A stretch of DNA of 32,000 bases from Methanosarcina hadiensis (GTDB lineage: Archaea > Halobacteriota > Methanosarcinia > Methanosarcinales > Methanosarcinaceae). The position numbers and the translations under genes are program-made. The DNA lies in the NCBI RefSeq assembly GCF_046529725.1, contig NZ_CP136241.1:2048563-2080562 (forward strand). The letters are read 5' to 3'. Numbering within the stretch: position 1 is the stretch's first letter; every line of letters starts with the position of its first letter. The notes beneath the pieces are model-generated. The model searched no databases, was not told the origin of the DNA, and saw nothing but the letters and a program-made list of their open reading frames with translations. Below, piece by piece: positions 1 to 8,679 of the stretch.

Positions 1-271
1 AGAAAAACAACTCTCAAGCCGGTAATGCGCTGTCAATAGGGTAAAATCCGGAAAAGCTTCTCTGGCTGAAGATATTTTCTTAACTCCAGAAACCGACCTT
101 AACTCTACACATAAATGCAGATATCTCCACCATTTGAATGAAAGTCGCATAAAAAGAAATAATTGAGAAATGAAAAGAAATCAAAAAATCGTACTTATAA
201 ATACTTATAGTTCTGCAGTGCTTTTCTTACTTCAATCACGAAATTCCGGCTGTTTTTGCTTCTGACCCTGT

Positions 272-383
272 CATCTTTCTCCTTTTTATTCTCTTTTATC
301 ATCTTTTTCCTTTTTATTCTCTTTTATCATCTTTCTCCTTTTTATTCTCTTTTATCATCTTTTTCCTTTTTATTCTGTTTTAT
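272..383. repeat. 28-bp tandem repeat x4 (alternating variants, effectively 56 bp x2)
   Basis: Direct reading: CATCTTTCTCCTTTTTATTCTCTTTTAT at 272-299, 300-327, 328-355 and 356-383, with 1-2 substitutions. Pyrimidine-rich on the + strand and non-coding. Confidence 0.9.
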
Positions 384-1091
384 ATCTGCTATGTTACCCC
401 GGTGATTCCTCCCTGAGCACTTCTACAGCGAATATGGGATCACCTTGCAGTGCAGCGAAGGGATTCCTTGCGCTTTTTTCGTCCCCTATCCAGATGGAGT
501 GATTACAGTAAAGACAGCAACAGCGTGTAATGTAAAGGTCATTTTTCGGCACATAAGCCCTGCAGCAATTGCTGCCTCTGAGAACTCCATGTTTGCAGAG
601 AACAAGCTGCCTGGTCAGGTGCAAATCCTACTCCAGACCATCGTGTTTAATATCCCAGCTATCCGGTTTATTGAAGTTCAGTATTTCACCCAATTTATAA
701 TTGGATTTTTTATACATTTAAAACTATCCAAATCTGTAATACATTTTTATAATAGTACTTGTATAAATGCGGGTGACATTCCCGGAAGCATCCGAAAACT
801 GCAAATAATTCCATAAACCCTGGGATTTCTGCCCTCTGACAGTAAAATAGAGATTACAACGAGAAAAATGTAAATAGAGACGTCTTAGATAGAGAAGTTT
901 TTTTAATTCAGTTCACTGTAAATGTACCATATTTATTTAATATGGATGGTTTAGTTATCTCGTATTAATCGATGAACTAATTGTTTCCTGGTGTTTGGCT
1001 ATGGAGTGGTTCACTCTCCAGGCAAGAGAAACAGAATAAAAATATTTAAATTAGATGACTCTTAAAAACATACCTGGACTGAGGAAAACAA

Positions 1092-1274
1092 ATGCAACTT
1101 GAATCCACAAAACGCAAAAATCAGGAATATTTCGCTGCCTGGGATAAAAAGATAGAAAACACATGGATGCGTCTGCTTTCAGACATGGCAAAGCCGTTTA
1201 TTATTTTTATAATTTTGAATATTTTTACAATTGCCATACTGGTCAAGTTAAGCATATATAACTTTAATTTCTAA
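1092..1274 (+). CDS. possible small membrane protein (60 aa), hypothetical
   Basis: ORF with GAGG 7 nt upstream of the ATG and a C-terminal hydrophobic stretch PFIIFIILNIFTIAILVKLSIY. No family recognised; isolated in AT-rich non-coding DNA. Confidence 0.25.
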   Translation: MQLESTKRKNQEYFAAWDKKIENTWMRLLSDMAKPFIIFIILNIFTIAILVKLSIYNFNF

Positions 1275-1758
1275 CTCTCTGTAATTTTGTTTACAAATTA
1301 TATGTTTTCTCGGCATTATGGGCACTGCTATTCAAAGACATATGTACTGATGGCAGGATCTGATCTTCTCGTATCCAAGGTACATAGATAAATAATCAAG
1401 TATAGTTTAAGAATAATTTATAGTATTAAGAATGATTTTATCTATGGCATAATAGAAAGTTACAAACGCCAATTCTCCTGATAAATGGTCTTTATTTTTC
1501 CGTGCTTAATAAACATGTCTCTAAATAACACCCATAAGATTAAATAGGTTTTATCCTTATTTCCCATGAAATCGGCGCTGGTAAGGCAAGTTAAAAACCA
1601 GCCAATAACTAAAAATAAATGGGATTAGATTAAGTAATCAAATACTTTATAATTATTATGATTCAGACCGGTAATTATTTACCTTCAGCGCATCACCTTC
1701 CATCTCATACCGTATTTGGTCTACCGGAAAAAAGGTAAAAGTCCAAATAATTAAAAGG

Positions 1759-1805
1759 TTGTAATTAAAGATTCAATAAACAGAATATTGTAATTAAAGA
1801 TTCAA
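1759..1805. repeat. perfect 18-bp direct repeat x2 just upstream of purS (candidate promoter/operator duplication)
   Basis: TTGTAATTAAAGATTCAA at 1759-1776 and 1788-1805 (29-bp register). The second copy ends 24 nt before the purS ATG at 1830. Confidence 0.85.
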
Positions 1806-1829
1806 GATTCAAAATTGAGGCTTACAAAA

Positions 1830-2081
1830 ATGCAGTACCAGGCAACAGTAACTATTGAACAGAAAGCAGGCATGCTTGACCCTGAAGGCACCACAGCCAA
1901 GAGGGCGCTCGGACACCTTGGATACGCAGTCGAAAGCGTAAAGACTGCAAAACTGTACGAAATCGTGCTCGAAGCCGAATCTGCCGAAGTTGCAAAGCAG
2001 AAAGTTGATGAGATGTGCCAGAAACTAATTGCAAACCCAATCATCCACAACTATACTATAGAGCTCAAAGAATTCAATTAA
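1830..2081 (+). CDS. purS: phosphoribosylformylglycinamidine (FGAM) synthase subunit PurS
   Basis: 83-aa product MQYQATVTIEQKAGMLDPEGTTAKRALGHLGY... has PurS size and motif, and purQ follows directly. The ORF opens at TTG 1815, but ATG 1830 fits the family N-terminus. Confidence 0.9.
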   Translation: MQYQATVTIEQKAGMLDPEGTTAKRALGHLGYAVESVKTAKLYEIVLEAESAEVAKQKVDEMCQKLIANPIIHNYTIELKEFN

Positions 2082-2167
2082 GGCTCCGTGCATGAATAAA
2101 AGGATTGATGATAAAATCCAGAAAGCTAAATGCTTTGAAAACTTGAAGGAAGATTGAGGGAAAAAAG

Positions 2168-2866
2168 ATGAAAATTGCCATTATTCAGTTCGGAGGCACA
2201 AACTGCGACCTGGATGTCCTTCACGTCCTTAAAGACGTGATTGGTGCGGACGCCGAAACTGTCTGGTACAAAGAAGAAAGCCTGTCAGGCTTTGATGGGG
2301 TCGTTGTCCCTGGCGGCTTTTCTTATGGAGACTATCTCAGGGCAGGAGCAATTGCTGCCAGAACTCCTATTATGGATTCCGTAAAGAAAATTGCAGCCGA
2401 AGGAAAACCTGTCCTCGGGATTTGCAACGGTTTCCAGATCCTGACCGAAGCGCGGCTTCTGGAAGGGGCTCTTACAACAAACGAGTACCCCAAGTTCAGG
2501 TGCCACTGGACCAGCCTTAGAGTCGAAACAGCCAGCACTCCCTTTACATCCAGGTTCAGAAAAGGCGAGGTTATAAAGCTCCCCATTGCCCATATGGAAG
2601 GCAAATTCTATGCTGAGGAACCGACTCTTGCAGAACTTGATGAGAATGACCAGGTCGTCTTCCGTTATGTGGATGAAAAAGGAAGGCCAACAGATAAAGC
2701 CAACCCTAACGGTTCTCTGGAAAACATCGCAGGAATAGTGAACTCTTCAAGAAATGTTCTCGGCCTCATGCCTCATCCTGAAAGGGCATCGGAATCAATC
2801 CTTGGTTCAGATCAAGGCAGGAAGGTTTTTGAGTCTATGGCGGATTATATTACAGAAAACTTCTAA
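2168..2866 (+). CDS. purQ: FGAM synthase I, glutamine amidotransferase subunit PurQ
   Basis: 232 aa with N-terminus KIAIIQFGGTNCD and amidotransferase motifs GICNGFQIL and MPHPER. GAGGG lies 7 nt upstream of the ATG. Confidence 0.95.
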   Translation: MKIAIIQFGGTNCDLDVLHVLKDVIGADAETVWYKEESLSGFDGVVVPGGFSYGDYLRAGAIAARTPIMDSVKKIAAEGKPVLGICNGFQILTEARLLEGALTTNEYPKFRCHWTSLRVETASTPFTSRFRKGEVIKLPIAHMEGKFYAEEPTLAELDENDQVVFRYVDEKGRPTDKANPNGSLENIAGIVNSSRNVLGLMPHPERASESILGSDQGRKVFESMADYITENF

Positions 2867-2894
2867 TCCGCTTCCGTTTCTTTTTAATTGCCTT

Positions 2895-2924
2895 AGCTTT
2901 TAAGAAAAAGCTCCTTTTGTTTTT
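2895..2924 (+). terminator. candidate purSQ terminator: 7-bp hairpin followed by T-runs
   Basis: AGCTTTT (2895-2901) / AAAAGCT (2906-2912) with a 4-nt loop, followed by CCTTTTGTTTTT. It sits 29 nt after the purQ stop. Archaeal termination is mainly oligo-T driven. Confidence 0.4.
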
Positions 2925-2967
2925 AAAATTTATTTCCTTTTTAAGAATTTATTCCATATAATTTTAT

Positions 2968-3041
2968 ATTAATTTATTTTGTACTAATTTATTTCACATT
3001 AATTTATTTTGTACTAATTTATTTCACATTAATTTATTTTA
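2968..3041. repeat. 30-bp AT-rich tandem repeat, about 2.5 copies
   Basis: ATTAATTTATTTTGTACTAATTTATTTCAC at 2968-2997 and 2998-3027, with a partial third copy to 3041. Confidence 0.9.
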
Positions 3042-3366
3042 TATCAAGTTACTTTGTATTGAGTTTTATATTGAGTTATTTTCTTTCACTTCAGTTCTTC
3101 ATTAAGCTCTGGTTTTCTTTATCAGCCTTACTGAGAGAGAATCCGAATTTTTTATGCGTTTCAAATATCGAATCTCCTTTTAAACCGATTTTTTGAATAC
3201 AGGAGGATAATTAGCAGAGTAAAATAAACGAAAGTTCAGACTTATTTTTCAGAATTTATGTTTCAAAATATTTTTATTACTCTAGAATATATCCTTACGA
3301 GTTAATATAAAATATCATTTATTCTTTTGGAATGGATAATTCAATCAATTAAGGGAGTATTGAATT

Positions 3367-4440
3367 ATGAATGAAAGGCTAGCTCTAAATGTTTTGGTAA
3401 TTTCTCTTCTCGTACTTGGAACTGCTATAATCCCGGCAAATGCTGCGGTTATTACCGTAAGTATGAATGGAGGGGAAAACTACACTTCTATCCAGGAAGC
3501 TGTAAATAATGCACAGAACGGAGACACGATTCTTGTAAATCCTGGAGTTTACAGGGAAAATGTGAAAGTGAATAAAGAAGTTTTAATTATCTCAAATTCT
3601 TCAGAAGAACTGAACGACCGCACATATGTGCTGGGTGCAATTTCGAATGACGATGTCTTTTTTGTTAACTCGAGTAATGTGACAATATCCGGGTTCTATA
3701 TCTCAGGAGGCCCTTCCAGTCAGGACTGGTACGAGGTTGGGATTTATCTTGAAGGGGCAGACAACTGTTCACTGATCAACAATGCCCTGATATTCAATGA
3801 TGTGGGCATAGCTCTCAATGGTTCCCAGCGCAATTACATTAACAACAACCTTGCAGGCATGGGATACACCGGGATTGCTCTTATCGGTTCCAATGAAAAT
3901 GAACTCTCAGATAACTGGCTGGCAACAAATGACGAGGGAATCTTAATGAACAGCTCTGTCAACAACACCATTTTCAATAACACCGCAACTGCAAATGGGA
4001 TAGGGTTTTTCCTTGGGACATCTGACCGAAATATAATTGATTCTAACTCGGTCTCGAGAAACGATTATGGAATCATTTTAGAGAATGCGGGATACAATAC
4101 TGTAACAAATAATTCCCTGCACCAGAACGAGCTTGGAATTTACCTTAATGCATCCTCCAGCAACACTATCTATCAAAATGAGTTCTCTAACTTCCTTGAT
4201 GCGCTGGACGAAGGGGTTAACATATGGAACAGCAGTACGGCAGGCAATATCTGGAGCGACTATACAGGTGAAGATGCCGATGGAGACGGTATCGGAGATA
4301 GTCCTTTCGTTGTCAACGAGTCTACCGGAAGTACGGATTATATGCCTCTGGTAGAAGAATCCTCTGATAACAGCTCAGGAGACGCAGGCGACAATAACGG
4401 AAATGAGACGTTTGTATCTAATGGAAAGCCAGAAGTCTAA
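3367..4440 (+). CDS. secreted right-handed parallel beta-helix repeat protein (NosD/PbH1-like cell-surface protein)
   Basis: Signal-peptide-like N-terminus MNERLALNVLVISLLVLGTAIIPANA. Periodic ~22-aa N/G/I-rich repeats (NNxLxxNxxGIxL) typical of PbH1/NosD beta-helices. About 14 N-x-S/T sequons. No C-terminal anchor is visible. Confidence 0.8.
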   Translation: MNERLALNVLVISLLVLGTAIIPANAAVITVSMNGGENYTSIQEAVNNAQNGDTILVNPGVYRENVKVNKEVLIISNSSEELNDRTYVLGAISNDDVFFVNSSNVTISGFYISGGPSSQDWYEVGIYLEGADNCSLINNALIFNDVGIALNGSQRNYINNNLAGMGYTGIALIGSNENELSDNWLATNDEGILMNSSVNNTIFNNTATANGIGFFLGTSDRNIIDSNSVSRNDYGIILENAGYNTVTNNSLHQNELGIYLNASSSNTIYQNEFSNFLDALDEGVNIWNSSTAGNIWSDYTGEDADGDGIGDSPFVVNESTGSTDYMPLVEESSDNSSGDAGDNNGNETFVSNGKPEV

Positions 4441-4671
4441 AAGGAGGTTACAAAGGAGGTTACGGAATATAGCTGGAAATATGCCTGAAGTACCGCTAAC
4501 CAGAGTACATCTGATCCCTGACTAATTTAAAAGGGGTAAGAAGTAGAAAGAAATAAAAAGAAAGGAAGGGAACTCCGGATGAAATCTCTTAGAAATTTCT
4601 AATAAACATGTAAATCCTTAGTTTTTAGATTTTTACATTTTCTAGATTTTTATCCTGTTAGAATTTCTTCC

Positions 4672-4750
4672 TTCCAGGACTTTCTTTTTTCCAGAATTTC
4701 CTTCTTTCCAGAATTTTCTTCCAGGATTTCTTCCAGAATTTTCTTTCAGG
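4672..4750. repeat. degenerate short tandem motif TTCCAG(G/A)A(C/T)TT, 5-6 copies
   Basis: TTCCAG cores at 4672, 4689, 4706, 4719 and 4731, plus a variant near 4745, at 12-17-bp spacing. T/C-rich on the + strand, in convergent intergenic DNA. Confidence 0.75.
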
Positions 4751-4830
4751 CTTCTACTTCACAACTCTTAGATTTTTATTCTAATTTTAAATCTTTTGTT
4801 AGTTAAAAAGGAAATTAAAAAATCCATTGC

Positions 4831-5169
4831 TTATTTGTGCCCTAATAAGATAGATGCAATAAATGCCATTATCAAGCACACAAAAGTAAAGACGAGAGCA
4901 AGGACTGACTTGACCTCTTCTCCCTTTGACATCTTGCTGGACTTACTGTTCATGTATAGCAGATAGAGCAGGGCTGTTGAGACTGGCACCATCCAGAAAA
5001 AATACCTGGCATTTTCGTAAGATGCTGTCCCGGTTGCAGTCATAAGTATTAGTATGATCATTAACCAGCCTAACAGGAGAGTAATTTTAACAACTGTTTT
5101 TCTTTTTACGGAAAGGGACCTGGAAATGCCGGGACGACAATTATGAGTTTTCTGATATGGAAGGGGCAT
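4831..5169 (-). CDS. small integral membrane protein, hypothetical (about 3 TM segments)
   Basis: 112-aa ORF with hydrophobic segments ITLLLGWLMIILILMTATG, FFWMVPVSTALLYLLYM and LALVFTFVCLIMAFIASILLG. Co-oriented 58 bp downstream of the DUF2284 gene. Start codon uncertain. Confidence 0.5.
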   Translation of the reverse strand: MPLPYQKTHNCRPGISRSLSVKRKTVVKITLLLGWLMIILILMTATGTASYENARYFFWMVPVSTALLYLLYMNSKSSKMSKGEEVKSVLALVFTFVCLIMAFIASILLGHK

Positions 5170-5227
5170 ACACTCTAATTTATTGTTTCAACTGTTATTT
5201 AAATCTGCTTCTATCTTTTTTATGTAT

Positions 5228-5905
5228 TTAATCGATCAAAAGGATAGACATGGGTTCAGGCTGACCTTTTATAGGAAACATTAGAGGCATTCCTGCTTCT
5301 GCAGCAGTTCTTTTCATGTTAATGCCTACAGCGTGCTCAGGAATCCTTGCCATGTTTGAATGGATGCATACCCCTTTTTCCACATTGCATTTTTCGCAGA
5401 GCCTGCACGAACCATTAACAAATGCCACTGCAAAAGTAAAACCCTCATTAAAAGCTGTTTTTTCAAGCTCAAGCATTGAGAGCAGCATTTTTTTGCTGTA
5501 ATCAAAATAATCTGACCAGAATTTTGAAGCTTTTTCTCTTGTTTCTTCAGGTTCTGAAGGATCAAGCCAGGTCTTATAAGGAGCTTTTGCAATCTCTTCA
5601 TCCGCTACCGCAGGAGACCGGAATTTGACAAGAAGAGCATACCTGTACTCTTTAAGTATTTCCCTGAACTCATCGACAGCAGGAACATGAGGAGGGCAGG
5701 TAAGTTTTTTCCCGTAGCCAATACATCCTCTGCATTTTAGAACCACTCTTTTTTCAACGAAGACCTGGTTGGTGGGGATTATCTTTGCGTCCACGGCTTC
5801 AAGCTCAAAAGCCTTTTTTACAAGAAATTCAAGTTCTTCAGGGGCCATATCTCTAAAAGGCAGAATTTTTCCTCCTTTAAACTCGCTTTTACCCAGAGGA
5901 GTCAT
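5228..5905 (-). CDS. DUF2284-type predicted metal-binding protein
   Basis: 225 aa with cysteine clusters CRGCIGYGKKLTCPP and CRLCEKCNVEKGVCIH, as I recall for DUF2284. The family assignment is from memory and was not searched. Confidence 0.7.
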   Translation of the reverse strand: MTPLGKSEFKGGKILPFRDMAPEELEFLVKKAFELEAVDAKIIPTNQVFVEKRVVLKCRGCIGYGKKLTCPPHVPAVDEFREILKEYRYALLVKFRSPAVADEEIAKAPYKTWLDPSEPEETREKASKFWSDYFDYSKKMLLSMLELEKTAFNEGFTFAVAFVNGSCRLCEKCNVEKGVCIHSNMARIPEHAVGINMKRTAAEAGMPLMFPIKGQPEPMSILLID

Positions 5906-6579
5906 AAAATTACTCTATTCTTTAGCTATTTCCTGAAGGGCGTATACTACTTATCTTTTTTCAAATATTCCTGTTTGTCTGAAAGTATTCTCTGCCTCTC
6001 CTATTTTATTTTTCAGAACCTATATTTTTATTCTTTAATCTGTCCTGGCAGCCGTTAATTTAACAGTTAATCTTGTTTTAAGCGTGAATACTGTTCAGGG
6101 GTTAAAGCAGTTGATTTTTCTGACAAAATTATTGGTTTTTTCTGAGTAGAACTGTAATAATTATAATTAATATTTAGTAACAAAGTAGAGAACAAAAATG
6201 TTAAATATCAATAATACAATAAAAGAACGTCTCTACCCGAAAGACACAAAATTTAATCGCCTCCTGAATCATCGAAAGCACCTGATACTCTTTTTTACCC
6301 CTGCCTGAGGAAAAAAGGCAGGGGATAAAGGTGCAAGATCCGGAAGAAACAAAATAATGCCAGGAAATTAACCAAAAAAAATATTCCAGGAAGCAATCAG
6401 CCTCCGATTCTTTCTATGCTTTCTGTTTTTCACTTTCTCAAAAACGGGACCTGTGGTCCACAGTTATGAAAATTGTGCAGAAAGTACTATTTAAAAATAC
6501 TGTTTATTACTAAAGGTATTGTTTGTTAGCAAAAAGCATTATTTGTTGACGAAAGTATCGTTCGTCAATTATTAGGAGT

Positions 6580-7365
6580 TCACATTTGAGAGTCGCACTC
6601 CCTTACTATTCTGAACCCCACGCTGTTGAGTCTCGTGTTCTGTGCCGCAAAGAGCCTTTCAGCCGATCTGCAGCACCCTGCATTCCCGTTCCAGCCTCCC
6701 CCTCTCCTTATCCTTACAGGCAAAGATATGCTGGGAAAAAGGCTTTCCCATGCCCTGCCATCCGAAGGTGCTCCTTTATAGCTGATATGGTACTCGTCCT
6801 GAACCCATTCCCCAACATTTCCGTAAAGATCATAAAATCCCCAGGGGTTAGGTTTTTTCATGCCCACTGGATGAGCTTCAAGCCCTGAGTTTTTAAGAAA
6901 CCAGGCATATTCTTTAAGTTCCGTTTCGTTATCCCCGAAAAAATAGCTGCCCGTAGTTCCTGCTCTTGCTGCATATTCCCATTCCGCTTCCGCAGGGAGC
7001 CGATATACCGGGCTATTTTCACCAGCATTTTCGAAAGCATTAAGTTTCCTGATAAAAACCTGAACATCCTCCCAGGAAACGGTTTCTACCGGAAGCTTCT
7101 CACCCCTGAAATAGGAGGGATTATTTCCCATTATTTTACTCCACTGTTCCTGAGTAACCTGATACTTCCCCAGATAAAAGTTTCTTTTTATGGTTACTTT
7201 ATGCACAGGGCTTTCCCAGAGCTTTCTGCGCATCTCATTTGAGGGAGAGCCCATTTCAAAATCTCCTGCGCGCACGAGGATGAATTCCATTCCAATCGAG
7301 TTTTTAATATGGCTGCTTACAGGGATAGAATTGTCAATATGGACTGGATTCTTAATGGTCTTCAC
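6580..7365 (-). CDS. formylglycine-generating-enzyme fold protein (SUMF1/EgtB/PvdO family), function unknown
   Basis: 261 aa with family motifs WEDVQVFIRKLN, RLPAEAEWEYAARAG, NPWGFYDLYGNVGEWVQD, RGGGW and VGFRIV. No signal peptide. Has GCC instead of the catalytic C-x4-C pair. Confidence 0.85.
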   Translation of the reverse strand: MKTIKNPVHIDNSIPVSSHIKNSIGMEFILVRAGDFEMGSPSNEMRRKLWESPVHKVTIKRNFYLGKYQVTQEQWSKIMGNNPSYFRGEKLPVETVSWEDVQVFIRKLNAFENAGENSPVYRLPAEAEWEYAARAGTTGSYFFGDNETELKEYAWFLKNSGLEAHPVGMKKPNPWGFYDLYGNVGEWVQDEYHISYKGAPSDGRAWESLFPSISLPVRIRRGGGWNGNAGCCRSAERLFAAQNTRLNSVGFRIVRECDSQM

Positions 7366-7830
7366 TCCCCTCTGGACGAACCTTCATTAAAGTCCTTAAA
7401 CATATGTCTGGACTCTTTGAAGCGTAAATATTTTTGATTAAAATTTTTTTATAAAAATATATATTTTCATTCAGAGATCTCATGCCTCCGGCAGGATATC
7501 ATCTGAAGATTTCTATCTCTTTTCTATTTTTTATTGCTTACTGTTTAATTATGAGTTGATCTTTCTTAACTTTCCCTTTTCTGGTTGATTCTGGATTTCT
7601 CCTTTCAGGTTTCAATCTTTGAGAGCAGTTTTCTGGTCCATTTATACCAGATTCGTTCAAAAATTTTAATTAGTATTTCTTAAGGACAATAATTTGACAT
7701 ATTATTTATCAATTTAGAAAAATATAAAATATAAGAATAGTAATCATGTTCAAAAATAAAAAGGTTTTTAGGGCATTAATAAGTGTTTAAAGAATTATCC
7801 TAGAATAAATGAGTTAATGGAGGTGAGCAG

Positions 7831-8679
7831 ATTAAACAGTCACTTATAAATCTCATCTTTTTTTCTGAAAAGAGAAAAGAACTTTTACTTCTCCTCAGGG
7901 AAGAGCCGAGAGATATTGATGCAATCAAAGAACTGCTGAATATGGATGCAGGCTCGATTCAGCCCCATATAAAAAAAATGAAAGATGCTCACCTGCTGGT
8001 TGAGGAAAAGAAAGTCTACAGGCTAACTGAAACGGGAAAAATAATAGTTGAAAATCTGATACCTTTCCTGAGCACAATTAAGGTCTTTGAAATAAGTAAT
8101 GACTACTGGAAGACGCGTGACTTAACCCAAATTCCTGATTTCCTTCTTGAGAGAATCGATGAACTCGGGCATTGTGAACTGCTTGAACCTGATGTGGAAC
8201 ACATGCTTGAAACTCCAAAAGTTTTCATGGATAATATGCTGAATTCAAAGGAGATTCTTACCTTTGTATCATATTTCCATCCAGAATCACCTTCTCTCTA
8301 CGCAGACCTTGCTGAAAATGGGACCAGAATTACGCTCTGTACAACTGAAAGTGTCATAATCCGTTTGTTCTCCAGTTTTCCTGAAGAAGCTGAAAGGTTT
8401 TCTAAAAATGAAAACTCGAAAATTTTTGTTTGCAGGAAGCCTATGCCCATACCCTCAGTTGTTGTTACTGACAGGTTCCTTTCGCTCAAACTTTATGAAA
8501 ACGATGGTAAATTGAGGGACCAGTTATTGATATCCACCGAGGAAGAAGCACTGGACTGGGGAAGAGAGCTTTTCTGGCACTGTATGGAAGTAGTCGAACC
8601 GGTAGAAGTAAGAGCATTTTTCCAGGACCTGGCTAGCCGCCAGCCTGTCTGTCATATGCATAATATGAATACGGACTAG
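7831..8679 (+). CDS. ArsR-like winged-HTH regulator with DUF1724-type C-terminal domain (Msr-family-like); no canonical start codon for the HTH-encoding N-terminus
   Basis: The frame is open from 7813. Positions 7831-7941 encode IKQSLINLIFFSEKRKELLLLLREEPRDIDAIKELLN, continuous with MDAGSIQPHIKKMKDAHLLVEEKKVYRLTETG (recognition helix and wing). SD GGAGGTGA at 7819-7826 lies 4 nt before ATT 7831. The first canonical in-frame start is ATG 7942. Confidence 0.7.
   Translation: MKQSLINLIFFSEKRKELLLLLREEPRDIDAIKELLNMDAGSIQPHIKKMKDAHLLVEEKKVYRLTETGKIIVENLIPFLSTIKVFEISNDYWKTRDLTQIPDFLLERIDELGHCELLEPDVEHMLETPKVFMDNMLNSKEILTFVSYFHPESPSLYADLAENGTRITLCTTESVIIRLFSSFPEEAERFSKNENSKIFVCRKPMPIPSVVVTDRFLSLKLYENDGKLRDQLLISTEEEALDWGRELFWHCMEVVEPVEVRAFFQDLASRQPVCHMHNMNTD

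Noticed and set aside
1-150. Open frame on the minus strand from ATG 150 to the window edge (MRLSFKWWRYLHLCVELRSVSGVKKISS...).
   Set aside because: Only 50 codons are visible, there is no SD, no family is recognised and the composition is unconvincing. It cannot be supported from this window alone.
1383-1446. Perfect 10-bp inverted repeat CATAGATAAA ... TTTATCTATG separated by 44 bp.
   Set aside because: It is an AT-rich 10-mer in AT-rich DNA. Roughly one such inverted repeat within about 60 bp is expected by chance in 32 kb, and it has no flanking gene context.
6198-6324. 36-aa ORF (MLNINNTIKERLYPKDTKFNRLLNHRKHLILFFTPA) whose stop codon lies in a 9-bp GC-rich hairpin CCCCTGCCT/AGGCAGGGG (6298-6324).
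   Set aside because: The ORF has no SD, is very short and matches no family. The hairpin is isolated and is not followed by a T-run on either strand, so I cannot assign it as a terminator or an RNA element.
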